DNA of 62,877 nucleotides, filler included, from Octopus bimaculoides (lineage: Eukaryota): NCBI RefSeq assembly GCF_001194135.2. It is 8 parts of 7 records of this genome, joined end to end, with 100 filler letters (N's around TTAATTAATTAA, not from the genome) between each part and the next. Parts side by side here need not be neighbours in the genome. Positions count along the whole stretch, not along the records: positions 46,728 to 52,876 come from NC_068983.1; positions 52,977 to 56,937 come from NC_068986.1; positions 57,038 to 59,110 come from NC_068982.1; positions 59,211 to 62,877 come from NC_068994.1; 4 more parts are not named here. One strand, given 5' to 3'. A program made the position numbers and the translations under genes. Shown here piece by piece: positions 48,965 through 61,276 of the stretch. A model generated the notes under the pieces. The model saw only the letters and a program-made list of their open reading frames with translations, was not told the origin of the DNA and did not search any database. Each line of letters starts with the position of its first letter. Within the stretch, counting starts at the first letter, position 1.

Positions 48965-50142
48965 TGATCTCTGATTTTGCAAAGATATAAATAGCTTGCT
49001 TACAGCTATTGGAATTTATCACAATCCTGAAGAATGGCGACTTTTCATAGCTCAACAAAAAACCTCAAAGGCCCTTTATTACACAATGGAAATCAGCATC
49101 CATTCTTGCCTGTTGCATACTCGGTACAGATAAAGGAAGAATGTGATAATGTTAAAAGGATGCTTGTGGTGACTTTAAAATGCTTGCCTTCTTAATTGGA
49201 TTACAGTGTGGGTACACGAAGTATTCGCGTTTTCTTTACCTATCGGACAGTAGGGCTGGTCATGAACATTACCAGAAGGCTGGGTGGACCCCATGAAATG
49301 CCCTCCAGCCAGGAAAGCTAAATGTCATAAGAAACATCTGGCAGAGCCTGCAAAAGTGTTGTTACCTCCATTTCACATAAAGCTAGTTTTGAACAAACAG
49401 TTTGTAAAGGTTTTAGATCGTGGTCGTCTACTCTTTCCAAAGCTACCCGAGGCAAAAATTAAGGGTGGTATATTTACTGGACCCCAAGTAAGGAAAATTC
49501 TGAGGTCAGTAAAACTTGAAAATATGATGAGTGATCAAGAAAGAAAGGCATGGTATGCTTTCCGAGATATTGTCAATGGATTCCTTGGTAATAACAAAGA
49601 CCCAAACCACAAGCGGCCCGTGGCAAAGCCTATTGAGAGTTACAAGAGTTTAGGCCGTAGAATGTCATTAAAGGTACACTTTTTGCATTCGCATTTAGAC
49701 TTTGTGCGGGAAAACTTAGGTCAAGTGAGTGAGGAACATGGTGAGAGATTCCATCAGGATATTACTACAATGGAGAAAAGATACCAAGGAAGATGGGTCA
49801 CTGCAATGATGGGGGACTGTATATGGTCAATGGTGCGTACAAGATATAGGAGGTCACAGTTGGTGCATTTCTCGAAAAATCTTATTATAATCTCATCATA
49901 TTTCTCATTAGTTTAAAAATAAATATTAGAACAAAATATTTTTGCTTCCTATTAATATACAATGTGAATAAGTTGAATGAAGTAGTATCACAGCTAAATT
50001 TTGTTCCCATTCTCTAGAAAACCGCAATTATCTCCTAAAATATCTATGCTATACATTTTCCAAGGGTAGTTTTGAAATCAGAAGAAAAAGTTACCTTCGA
50101 AATACTAAAAATATTTAGAGAAGCAAAACTTCTTACCCAGTG
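48965..50142 (+). mobile_element. Chapaev3-like DNA transposon, 3' half (different subfamily)
   Basis: FCKDINSLL...EEWRLFI...LLHNGN...CGDFKM...GYTKY...LPPFHIKL...FLGN...MSLKVHFLHSHLD...EHGERFHQDI...RYQGRW; ends CAGTG|TTA. Confidence 0.8.
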
Positions 50143-50373
50143 TTATTTACGACTGCGTATATATATATATATATATATATATNNNNNNNNNNNNNNNNNN
50201 NNNNNNNNNNNNNNNNNNNNNNNNNNNNNNNNNNNNNNNNNNNNNNNNNNNNNNNNNNNNNNNNNNNNNNNNNNNNNNNNNNNNNNNNNNNNNNNNNNNN
50301 NNNNNNNNNNNNNNNNNNNNNNNNNNNNNNNNNNNNNNNNNNNTATATATATACATATGTATATGTATATTAT

Positions 50374-50433
<60 letters not shown>

Positions 50434-51054
50434 ATGTTTATTATCTAAACCATTCATCATAGTTAAAGTAGAACTCTCCTTGATCTATGACTGTCTGGGT
50501 GGATGACGTTTAGTTTATTTATTTTGTTAGTTAGACATCCAGATTACAGTATTTTTTTTTTATTCTGTCGATCTTTATTTCACTGCTAAAAAAAGAATTT
50601 AACCATCTTTTAGTAAACTGTTATAAAACAGATTTTTTTATTAAGTTTATAACTTATTACACTTAAACTGATCTTAATGAATAACGTTATATCGACTTAC
50701 TGTTTTCTTCTGAAGATCTCATGATTTACTGTTAGTCTCCAATCATCTATGTAACTATAACACCGTAATATACCAGGATTCGTTAGTGAAACACGTGTAA
50801 CTGCTATGCCATTTGTGGCGCTATAATAGGAAAACATCTAAATCAACTCTGCGATGTTCTTCAGAAGTATGCATATATATATATATGTACACATATATGC
50901 ACCACCAGACCAAAACACACGCTAGCAGGCATTTATATAAAAATGCAAGAATTTGCATTTGCACGCAAACTCATATGTATCCGAAACACGTTAACGCGTG
51001 TGTATACTGCAGGCACTAACGCAAACGTACTGGCACGCATACAACTTCCTCAAT

Positions 51055-51115
<61 letters not shown>

Positions 51116-52719
51116 NNNNNNNNNNNNNNNNNNNNNNNNNNNNNNNNNNNNNNNNNNNNNNNNNNNNNNNNNNNNNNNNNNNNNNNNNNNNNNNNNNNNN
51201 NNNNNNNNNNNNNNNNNNNNNNNNNNNNNNNNNNNNNNNNNNNNNNNNNNNNNNNNNNNNNNNNNNNNNNNNNNNNNNNNNNNNNNNNNNNNNNNNNNNN
51301 NNNNNNNNNNNNNNNNNNNNNNNNNNNNNNNNNNNNNNNNNNNNNNNNNNNNNNNNNNNNNNNNNNNNNNNNNNNNNNNNNNNNNNNNNNNNNNNNNNNN
51401 NNNNNNNNNNNNNNNNNNNNNNNNNNNNNNNNNNNNNNNNNNNNNNNNNNNNNNNNNNNNNNNNNNNNNNNNNNNNNNNNNNNNNNNNNNNNNNNNNNNN
51501 NNNNNNNNNNNNNNNNNNNNNNNNNNNNNNNNNNNNNNNNNNNNNNNNNNNNNNNNNNNNNNNNNNNNNNNNNNNNNNNNNNNNNNNNNNNNNNNNNNNN
51601 NNNNNNNNNNNNNNNNNNNNNNNNNNNNNNNNNNNNNNNNNNNNNNNNNNNNNNNNNNNNNNNNNNNNNNNNNNNNNNNNNNNNNNNNNNNNNNNNNNNN
51701 NNNNNNNNNNNNNNNNNNNNNNNNNNTATATATACACACTTACACACACACACGCACAACCACGCACTGAAGCACACACGTATATTCACACATTCACACA
51801 CAAATGGATGTGTGTGTGTGTGTGTGTTTGTGTGTTTGTGTGTGTATGTATTTCATATTTCAGCAACTCTGTGTTTATGCGATGGGCCTTTGTGTGCGTG
51901 TGCGCGTATGAGACTCTGTTTTATGTGTGCATGTTCCAACATGGAAAATATAATAGCCAAAAGTGAGGAATTTAGCAGACGTGAATCTAATACCAGATTG
52001 CTTCGGGTGCGACTGCATGCGATGAGAATAATCTTCCTGATCGATAAACATCTTATGTTTTTTCAGGATGTTCTTCGATCTTAGTCTAATTTAATAACGG
52101 CCTTTGATTCCGATGGCTCTTCAAGATTGGAGAAAAAGTTGCAAACTTACAACTGTATTTTGCTGCGCCATGGTTCTTCAGCTTGGAACTAACAGAGAAT
52201 TGGTTTAGCACACTTTACAGATTAATTCTCCAGGCAAAATGTTTAGATTCAACGCGTGGTTTTTGTGATTTTCTTACAAGATTAAACATTGCACAGAAAA
52301 GCATTTCGTCATTTGCTTTAGGAATTCTTCTCTTTTTTAATGATTCTATATTCATATACGCTTTTTTTGTATATGTGATTATGTATTATGTGTTTGTTTG
52401 TGTGTGCGTGTGTGTGTGAGAGAGAGAGTGTGTGTGTGTGTAAGTCTGTGTGTATGTGTGTGTGTGTGTGTGTGTGTACTTATAGACACACATAGACATG
52501 CATAGAAATATGTGTGTATGTATGTATATATGTAAGAATGTATGTATATACGTAGGAATGTATGTATGTATGTATGTGTGTGTATGTGTGAATGTGTGTG
52601 TATGTGTGAATGTGTGTCTATATCAGGTCTATATGATACGTTATATTAATATAATAAAATCAGTTCTTTATTTATTCCTCAGAATGTACCTCTACATTAA
52701 AAAGACGATTATGATGAGA

Positions 52720-52749
52720 TTATTATTGTTATTGTTATTATTATTATTG

Positions 52750-52810
<61 letters not shown>

Positions 52811-52850
52811 CATCATCATCATCATCATTATCATCATCATGGTAATGATG
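52720..52850. repeat. compound (TAT)/(TGT)/(CAT) microsatellite
   Basis: Direct reading. Confidence 0.95.
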
Positions 52851-53315
52851 ATGATTCTGAAACTAGATTTGCTAAGNNNNNNNNNNNNNNNNNNNNNNNN
52901 NNNNNNNNNNNNNNNNNNNNTTAATTAATTAANNNNNNNNNNNNNNNNNNNNNNNNNNNNNNNNNNNNNNNNNNNNTATATATATATATATATATATATA
53001 TATACGTATGTATGTATGTATATGTATGTATGTATGTATGTATGTATATGTATGTATGAGTGTAAACTTAAGAAAATACATCTCTATTAGGTTTACATTT
53101 TACTGAAGAATAGTGCATCAAAATAAGAAATTGATTGCAGCTATTACCAATACGCGTGCCAAACAAATAAACGAAAAGAATCCATTTCGAATACAGACAG
53201 ACAGACAGACAGACAGATAGATAATGAGAGAGAGAGAGAAAGAACGAAAGAGACAGACAGAGAAAGAGAGGGAGCGACAAATAGACATTAGACAGAAAGA
53301 CAGACAGGCAGACAA

Positions 53316-53372
<57 letters not shown>

Positions 53373-53678
53373 GATTCATTTCTGAACTAGAAGAAATCTG
53401 TCGATCTAACTGAAGATATATACTGTTCCTCACTGAGGAGGCCAAATTAGACCAAAATACCGGTGATTGACGATCGGTTGACATCATTCTTGGCTAACAC
53501 AGTGTTTTTCAACAAAATCTCTTAAAAGTAGTCTGTGAGATAAGTATTACAGCAGGCGCCGTCCTGCTTTTCTATATAAATTATAAATGTTATAGTGTTA
53601 TGCCAATTGCTTTGTCTGCACACATACATCATAACCATAGACACTTACATATGTATTTATGCATGTGCGTATGTGTGA

Positions 53679-53729
<51 letters not shown>

Positions 53730-53774
53730 TGTGTGTGTGTGTGTATGCGTGTGGGTGTATGTGTGCGCGCTCGC

Positions 53775-53930
53775 GCAACCTGTGGGAATGTGTGCCGTTC
53801 AGTTGGAGGGTTAAAAAGACATTTCAAAAGACTTCATGCTATGGCACCTGTTCCTTCTGCCAGCCAGCACAACTGTGCATTATGTAATAAAATGTGCAAA
53901 TCTTTGGTGGGGCTCAAAAGTCATATAAGT
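53775..53930 (+). mobile_element. double C2H2-like fragment, probably an RTE C-terminus
   Basis: ATCGNVCRSVGGLKRHFKRLH...CALCNKMCKSLVGLKSHI; same CxxCxxxCxSxxGLxxH pattern as the RTE end at 31547. Confidence 0.55.
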
Positions 53931-54079
53931 GGCTCATATTGCATTATCAATGACTCATTTCATTGATTCTTTCTAGCAATAGCTTTTCTCCTATTCGAGT
54001 AAGCAGCCACTATATATATCTATATCTATATCTATATCCATATCCATATCCATATCTATCTATCTATCTATCTATCTAA

Positions 54080-54127
<48 letters not shown>

Positions 54128-54150
54128 TTGTCTCTTTCTCTCTATATATG

Positions 54151-54186
<36 letters not shown>

Positions 54187-55019
54187 TNNNNNNNNNNNNN
54201 NNNNNNNNNNNNNNNNNNNNNNNNNNNNNNNNNNNNNNNNNNNNNNNNNNNNNNNNNNNNNNNNNNNNNNNNNNNNNNNNNNNNNNNNNNNNNNNNNNNN
54301 NNNNNNNNNNNNNNNNNNNNNNNNNNNNNNNNNNNNNNNNNNNNNNNNNNNNNNNNNNNNNNNNNNNNNNNNNNNNNNNNNNNNNNNNNNNNNNNNNNNN
54401 NNNNNNNNNNNNNNNNNNNNNNNNNNNNNNNNNNNNNNNNNNNNNNNNNNNNNNNNNNNNNNNNNNNNNNNNNNNNNNNNNNNNNNNNNNNNNNNNNNNN
54501 NNNNNNNNNNNNNNNNNNNNNNNNNNNNNNNNNNNNNNNNNNNNNNNNNNNNNNNNNNNNNNNNNNNNNNNNNNNNNNNNNNNNNNNNNNNNNNNNNNNN
54601 NNNNNNNNNNNNNNNNNNNNNNNNNNNNNNNNNNNNNNNNNNNNNNNNNNNNNNNNNNNNNNNNNNNNNNNNNNNNNNNNNNNNNNNNNNNNNNNNNNNN
54701 NNNNNNNNNNNNNNNNNNNNNNNNNNNNNNNNNNNNNNNNNNNNNNNNNNNNNNNNNNNNNNNNNNNNNNNNNNNNNNNNNNNNNNNNNNNNNNNNNNNN
54801 NNNNNNNNNNNNNNNNNNNNNNNNNNNNNNNNNNNNNNNNNNNNNNNNNNNNNNNNNNNNNNNNNNNNNNNNNNNNNNNNNNNNNNNNNNNNNNNNNNNN
54901 NNNNNNNNNNNNNNNNNNNNNNNNNNNNNNNNNNNNNNNNNNNNNNNNNNNNNNNNNNNNNNNNNNNNNNNNNNNNNNNNNNNNNTATATATATATATGC
55001 ATGTAAGTATGTATGTGTG

Positions 55020-55295
55020 CTTGCTTGCTTCATGTTCTTGCTTGATGAGGCTGAGCCCATCCCAGATTAATGGTCCAAGAGACGTCATTATGCGTAGAGC
55101 CGATCAGGCCCACCAGTGCTCTCCATCGCTGGCAGTCCCGTGCAAGCCCTTCTACATCCTCACAAGTGACAGCGAGCCTCTCGAGATCTTTCTTAATCGC
55201 GTCCATCCATCTGGTGTGGGGCCTGCTACGATGCCTCTTCCAACTCGAAGCTGTCGCGCCGAATGTGAGTGAAGCCATGATAGGATGATCTGGTG
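55020..55295 (-). mobile_element. RTE-clade LINE 3' end with (CAAG)n tail
   Basis: SRPHTRWMDAIKKDLERLAVTCEDVEGLARDCQRWRALV followed by caagcaag repeats. Confidence 0.85.
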
Positions 55296-56499
55296 AGAGA
55301 CGGAGGACATGCACACATGTATGTGTGCATATGTGTATATTTATATAAACGTATATGCACACATGCATGCATAGACATTCATGTATATGTAAGTATGCGT
55401 ATGCATATATATGCGTGTATTCTTATACATACAGAAACATATACGTGTATATATGCATATCACAAAACAACATGAAAAGTATATAATTTAGTGTGTTTCA
55501 CGCCACGGCTATCAACCTTTTCCGACCTTTTCTCGGTATTTCGATTTTGTTCATCGACGTCAAAACATGGATATCATTTCCTTCTGCCGGTTTCTAAACG
55601 CAGTTGTGTTAAGGCTCTGTTTGTAGTTGCTGTCACTTTTCATTTGACCATCCATTGGTCTTTCTCTCTTCATTGGTCGATAAAGTTATTATATCTTGTC
55701 TCTAATTCATTTTTAATTCATGTCTTTTCTATCACCGTTGCTTCATTAATTTCCACTTGCCAGACAGTTGGTTGTTCTGTCTCTGTTGTTCGTAATCACA
55801 TTTTAGTACAACAATGTTTCTGTTTATCTCTTTACATCAGCCAATAAGTGGCTGTCATGTCTGGCATAACATTTTATTCTAAAATCATTAATATGTTTAT
55901 CGCTATTCATTGGCCAATTGAGTGGCTGCCTTATCTATACCTACCGATTATGTTATCATATCCTGTTTTGCTCAAGTTACAACTCTAGCTGATGCACAGT
56001 ATGCAAAATTATGTTGCATCTGTAAAATATTTTTAATCGTCTGGTGTAAATTTTCTTTCTTTGACGTAGGTTGGATACTTTCTTTTGTGCTATAAATTTA
56101 TGTTTATTAAACATGCGATGTATAATTTCTGCAGCATCATTTTTTCATACCAACACACAATATTGGTACCATGGTTATTTAATCCCGGTTCTGGATATTG
56201 AAATGATGTTATGCAAGTAATTTTTCCTAGAAAGATATATTCTCTGTAACTTCAGCAGCTGAAAAGATAATAGTGGGATCTCAGATGAACATAGACCAAG
56301 TCAAACTTGTCATCGAAATTTTTTTTACTCGCAGCAGCAGAAGCAGTTGTGAGTTATTCACATGTTATATTTACATAGCGAAATAATTTATTTACGTTTA
56401 TGTATATGTGTATCTATGTATATTATTAATTTATGAAAGTTCTCAGCTTATTTTGCTGGGTATGATGGAAAGTGTTAGCTGTCCACAGCCAACAGATTA

Positions 56500-56503
56500 A
56501 GGC

Positions 56504-56594
<91 letters not shown>

Positions 56595-56634
56595 GTAGAT
56601 GTTGTTATTATTGTTGCTGTTGTTGCTATTATTG

Positions 56635-56675
<41 letters not shown>
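56500..56675. repeat. (ATT)n compound microsatellite
   Basis: Direct reading. Confidence 0.95.
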
Positions 56676-56678
<3 letters not shown>

Positions 56679-56937
56679 TAGTTTTATTTTTATAACGTGC
56701 TTTCACTTCAGTACCGAGCGCAGCTCTGTGCGCTTTGGGTATGTGCTGTGGTTTGCTGTGGTGCTCTTATGTTTACTGTATTGAAAGTGTTTTGCGTAGA
56801 ATGTGTGCAGTACCCAGTAGTGCAATTTTCTGTATGTTATATATATTTGTAAGTCCTGCTATTTTTGTTATGTATTTGTCTGAATATTTTTTTATTATAC
56901 CTAAGGCACCTACTATGATAGGAATTGTTTCTGTTTT
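56676..56937 (-). mobile_element. Dong/R4-type LINE 3' end, third family
   Basis: KTETIPIIVGALGIIKKYSDKYITKIAGLTNIYNIQKIALLGTAHILRKTLSIQ* plus UTR ending in (TAA)n. Confidence 0.9.
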
Positions 56938-57036
56938 NNNNNNNNNNNNNNNNNNNNNNNNNNNNNNNNNNNNNNNNNNNNTTAATTAATTAANNNNNNN
57001 NNNNNNNNNNNNNNNNNNNNNNNNNNNNNNNNNNNN

Positions 57037-57410
57037 NCATAGAGTCAACATGACTTTTTTATACCTTGTACAGAATGTCCTCAGTATCCACCCTGCCAGT
57101 TGTCTGCACTTTGCTGTCAACTTGACAATGTGCATGTGAAATGATGCATCACTACACATGCTGATGCCCAGGTCTCTCAGTACTTGAAATTTTTTTGCAT
57201 TGAACTGCATATTATTTTGCTCTGCCCACTCGTATATTGCATTTAGGTCATTCTGCAGGCTTACAATATCATCAGGATTCTTTATTGCCTGAGATAGTTT
57301 TGTGTCATCAGCGTAGCTAGTGACAGTGACTCACCGAGTGACTGTGGGCATGTCCAGAAGGGCTACTATGAACAGTAGTGGCTCCAGGACAGTCCCTTGC
57401 GGAACACCGT
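57037..57410 (-). mobile_element. CR1-type RT fragment
   Basis: YGVPQGTVLEPLLF...SYADDTKL...LQNDLNAIYEWAEQNNMQFNAKKFQVL...GWILRTF. Confidence 0.9.
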
Positions 57411-58279
57411 ACGTATCGCAGATCAAGATGGGAAGGATGACTTCCCTTTGCAAATACAGACAGGACACAGATGTGTGCCAATAGCCAGCTGGAGGAGATG
57501 TTCTCCTGTGGCTAAAAGCAACAGTAACATCCACCCTTAGGGGTCAGCCGCATTTAAGTGGCAAATATACTTCATTTTGTCGTGCAGTTACTGTTAATAC
57601 CTCGTTCAGAGATTTAACATTGTCTATACATACATGTATATGTATGTACGTACATATATGTATGTATATATGCATATCTTTTTTAGTTATACTATACATA
57701 CATGTATGTATATGTACACACTCACACAAACATATATACACAGTCCCACCCATGCTAGCAAGGAAGGCGAACGTTAATCGATGGTAATATATCAATAGGT
57801 TTAAAAATAAGAAAGTTTTAAAGGGACACAACCTGATATCCAAGTACGGAATTAGCTCCCATTACAAAGTATATTTATTTATATTGTTTTTTCGCCTTCT
57901 CGTTTATTTATTTTTTTTTTTTCAAATGTTCTTACACGTAGCATGACCTGAATGATTGCCTGATCATATATGTTATATCTTATATGAAATAGTCCGAACT
58001 TGAAGTAGCTCAGCCATAACTTACATATTTATTAAAGAATACTGGTTCACCGTTCTATGCCAACGGTACAATGTAGATATCATGAAAACAAACAGTTTCA
58101 GCTTGCAATGTGTGGCCAATGAAGTCATTCGATTAGCAGAAATTAACGTAACTTAAATTGCTTATATCTTCTCTATTGCGATTTTTTTTCGAAAAACATT
58201 TTTGAAAAACATTCAGGTGAAATTCTGAGAAAATTTGAACAGTTGGAAGAAATTTAAGATTTCAGAACGTTTATAAATA

Positions 58280-58329
58280 CGTCTTACAACTGTTTCCGGG
58301 ATATTTTATATATTTCTTCATCGGAGACG
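58280..58329 (-). ncRNA. minimal type-I hammerhead motif, mutated copy
   Basis: CGUCU-CCGAUGA-AGAAAUAU...AUAUCCCG-GAAAC-AGUU-GUA/AGACG: perfect 5-bp stem I, but U4C in the core and a damaged stem II. Confidence 0.6.
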
Positions 58330-58412
58330 GTGTGAGAAAATAGTTAAGCAATAGTTATTCTAGATAAAATATGAATATCTAGAATAACTATTACTTAACC
58401 ATTTTCTCACAC

Positions 58413-58462
58413 CATCTCTGATGAAGGGATATATAAAATATCCCAGAAACAGCAGTAAGGCT
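58413..58462 (+). ncRNA. minimal type-I hammerhead motif
   Basis: CAUCU-CUGAUGA-A-GGGAUAU(AUAAA)AUAUCCC-A-GAAAC-AGCA-GUA/AGGCU; A.A mismatch at the base of stem II. Confidence 0.65.
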
Positions 58463-58765
58463 TATTTATAAATGTTCTGAAATCATTCACAGCCTTGGAT
58501 TTTTATCGCATTCTAAATTTTTTTTTTATGTATACACATGCTGATGTATGACCTACGTCGGACTCCTCATTTGCATAATCACCAAACCTGGAGCTTAACT
58601 ATATAGTCTGTCCGTAGAACTTAGCATTACCTGACACCTTTGGGTCTTATTGACATCATTACCTCTCATAACTTATATATATATAAATCTCTCTATATAT
58701 GTGTGTGTGTGTATGTATATATGTATGTGTATGTATTTATATATATGTGTGTGTGTATGTATATA

Positions 58766-58826
<61 letters not shown>

Positions 58827-58922
58827 CTCTCTCTCTCTGAGAGGCACAAGCACATACACACACATATACACACATGGCAGTAACTTCCGCTTACCTTCAA
58901 TCACAAAGCTTCGGTCGGCCCT

Positions 58923-59063
58923 TTAGGAAGGGCATCCGGCTGTAGAAACTCTGCCAGATCAGATTGGAGCCTGGTGCAGCCATTTGGCTCACCAGCCCTC
59001 AATCAAACCGTCCAACCCATGCTAGCATGGAAAGCAGACGTTGATGATGATGATGATGATGAT
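58923..59063 (+). mobile_element. RTE-type 3' end with (GAT)n tail
   Basis: ttaggaagggcatccggctgtagaaac...aacccatgctagcatggaaagcagacgttgatgatgat. Confidence 0.85.
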
Positions 59064-59077
59064 GTGTATATGTATAT

Positions 59078-59110
59078 CATCATCATCGTTTAACGTCCGC
59101 TTTCGATGCT
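59078..59110 (-). mobile_element. RTE-type 3' end running into a gap
   Basis: tcatcatcatcgtttaacgtccgctttcgatgct. Confidence 0.75.
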
Positions 59111-59600
59111 NNNNNNNNNNNNNNNNNNNNNNNNNNNNNNNNNNNNNNNNNNNNTTAATTAATTAANNNNNNNNNNNNNNNNNNNNNNNNNNNNNNNNNN
59201 NNNNNNNNNNAAAAGACAATAACTAACCACCGTATAAATGCTATTTTATAAACGAAATTATTGTTATAAAAAAATTAGAATTACAATTCTTTTATTTTTA
59301 CCGGTTTCAACCAAGATACAGGGGCCATCCGGACCAAAATCTTGAAAGAATTAAAAAATATGTCTACAACAGAACATAACCTGACCTTCGTTTTTTTTTA
59401 TTTTGATTTTTGTTCATCTCTATTTATCGAATGACTACGTTCACCTTAGTGAGTCACACACCAATAGAGACAAAGACACGGCGATTTTTCGCTTTTGTTC
59501 GCATAGTGTGCATACGCATACTCATACACACATGTATGTATGTATGTATGTATGTATGTATGTATGTATTTATGTATTTATGTATGTATATTGTGTGTGT

Positions 59601-59636
59601 GGAGGCGCAATGGCCCAGTGGTTAGGGCAGCGGACT
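59601..59636 (+). mobile_element. SINE family B head fragment
   Basis: ggaggcgcaatggcccagtggttagggcagcggact, identical to 18447 onward. Confidence 0.85.
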
Positions 59637-59639
59637 AGT

Positions 59640-59915
59640 CGAACCCCGAAAACCTTCCTTAAACCTGAGCTCTTCAAAAAGAAAGTGACTGTCTGGTGGT
59701 GTACTGCTGGACTCATCCACTATAACTTCTTAAAACTCGGAAAAACTATTACAGCAGAAACATATCGCCATGAAATTGCCGAAATGAATGGAAAAACTGC
59801 TACTCCTGCTCCTCAGGCTGGTCAACAAAAAAGGGCCAATCATTCTTCATGACAATGCTCGACCACTTTAGAAGTTGAGGGAACTTGGCTACGAAGTTCT
59901 TCCCAGTACGTATTT
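59640..59915 (+). mobile_element. mariner (DD34D-type) transposase fragment
   Basis: PKTFLKPELFKKKVTVWWCTAGLIHYNFLKLGKTITAETY...ILHDNARP...KLRELGYEVLP. Confidence 0.85.
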
Positions 59916-60020
59916 CCACCTGTCATTTATTTTATAGATCTCTGCTTGATGAACTGCTAACTTTGAGACATAGTGGGATGCAATACTCGATTTAACAACA
60001 AATGTAAACATACACATATT

Positions 60021-60172
60021 AGGTGCAAGAATGACTGTGTGGTTGAAGAGCTTGCTTCCCAACAGCACGGTTCCACGTTCAGTCCTCCTGCATGGTACCT
60101 TGGGCAAATGTATTCTACTATAGCCCTAGGCCAACTACAGACTTGTGACTGAATTTGCTAGACGGAAACTGC
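60021..60172 (+). mobile_element. SINE family C, 5' part
   Basis: gtgtggttgaagagcttgcttcccaac...ggtaccttgggcaaatgtattctactatagcc...gacggaaactg. Confidence 0.8.
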
Positions 60173-60853
60173 AGTGTTGTTCATCAGAAAATGACTGAAA
60201 AAAACATCTTTATAAAGAATAGTTGTTTGCTTCCTACTCCTCGTGTGCTGATTCTTCCCATAAGAAAAGNNNNNNNNNNNNNNNNNNNNNNNNNNNNNNN
60301 NNNNNNNNNNNNNNNNNNNNNNNNNNNNNNNNNNNNNNNNNNNNNNNNNNNNNNNNNNNNNNNNNNNNNNNNNNNNNNNNNNNNNNNNNNNNNNNNNNNN
60401 NNNNNNNNNNNNNNNNNNNNNNNNNNNNNNNNNNNNNNNNNNNNNNNNNNNNNNNNNNNNNNNNNNNNNNNNNNNNNNNNNNNNNNNNNNNNNNNNNNNN
60501 NNNNNNNNNNNNNNNNNNNNNNNNNNNNNNNNNNNNNNNNNNNNNNNNNNNNNNNNNNNNNNNNNNNNNNNNNNNNNNNNNNNNNNNNNNNNNNNNNNNN
60601 NNNNNNNNNNNNNNNNNNNNNNNNNNNNNNNNNNNNNNNNNNNNNNNNNNNNNNNNNNNNNNNNNNNNNNNNNNNNNNNNNNNNNNNNNNNNNNNNNNNN
60701 NNNNNNNNNNNNNNNNNNNNNNNNNNNNNNNNNNNNNNNNNNNNNNNNNNNNNNNNNNNNNNNNNNNNNNNNNNNNNNNNNNNNNNNNNNNNNNNNNNNN
60801 NNNNNNNNNNNNNNNNNNNNNNNNNNNNNNNNNNNNNNNNNNNNNNNNNNNNN

Positions 60854-60910
<57 letters not shown>

Positions 60911-61276
60911 ATATACAGGCGTGGCTGATAGTTCAGAAAGTACTTAAAATTAATGACTCTGACTCACTTATTCCAAGGCAGTTTCTTGGAAGCTTGCAAT
61001 TCAAGTGAGACTAAAGAGGGACTGATCTCTAGAATTCTGATCCAACAAATTGACATTCATTGCCTTCCGGAAGGCCCAGCCATACAGAAGCGACTCTATA
61101 TCGTTAAAGATATCTAAGTAAGTTTCTTTAATTGTATATATTATCACATATTTATATCAAACTTCGACACAATTATTTTATTCAAATTATAAATAGTGGT
61201 CCGTGTTCCCCGTTGGGTCACCAGTTATAGATAGTCCGGTGATGTGTAGCGTGACCATCTAATAACGATTCATATC

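Larger units (their letters stand above)
58258..58484. repeat. palindrome (about 109-bp arms, 9-nt spacer) with hammerhead-like motifs; Penelope-like origin inferred
   Basis: 58258-58366 pairs with 58376-58484 with scattered transitions. Confidence 0.95.

Noticed and set aside
48656-48990. Minus-strand ORF and splice-like signals (gtaagt at about 48903; tttcag at 48920)
   Set aside because: No recognisable homology, overlaps the transposon edge, and signals conflict between strands.
53428-53470. CTGAGGA-GGCC...GACC-AAAA hammerhead-like string
   Set aside because: GAAA box and stem II are broken and no valid cleavage triplet with stem I; at most a fossil.
9302-59166. Regularly recurring TTAATTAATTAA islands
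   Set aside because: Always embedded in N runs; scaffolding linker rather than biology.
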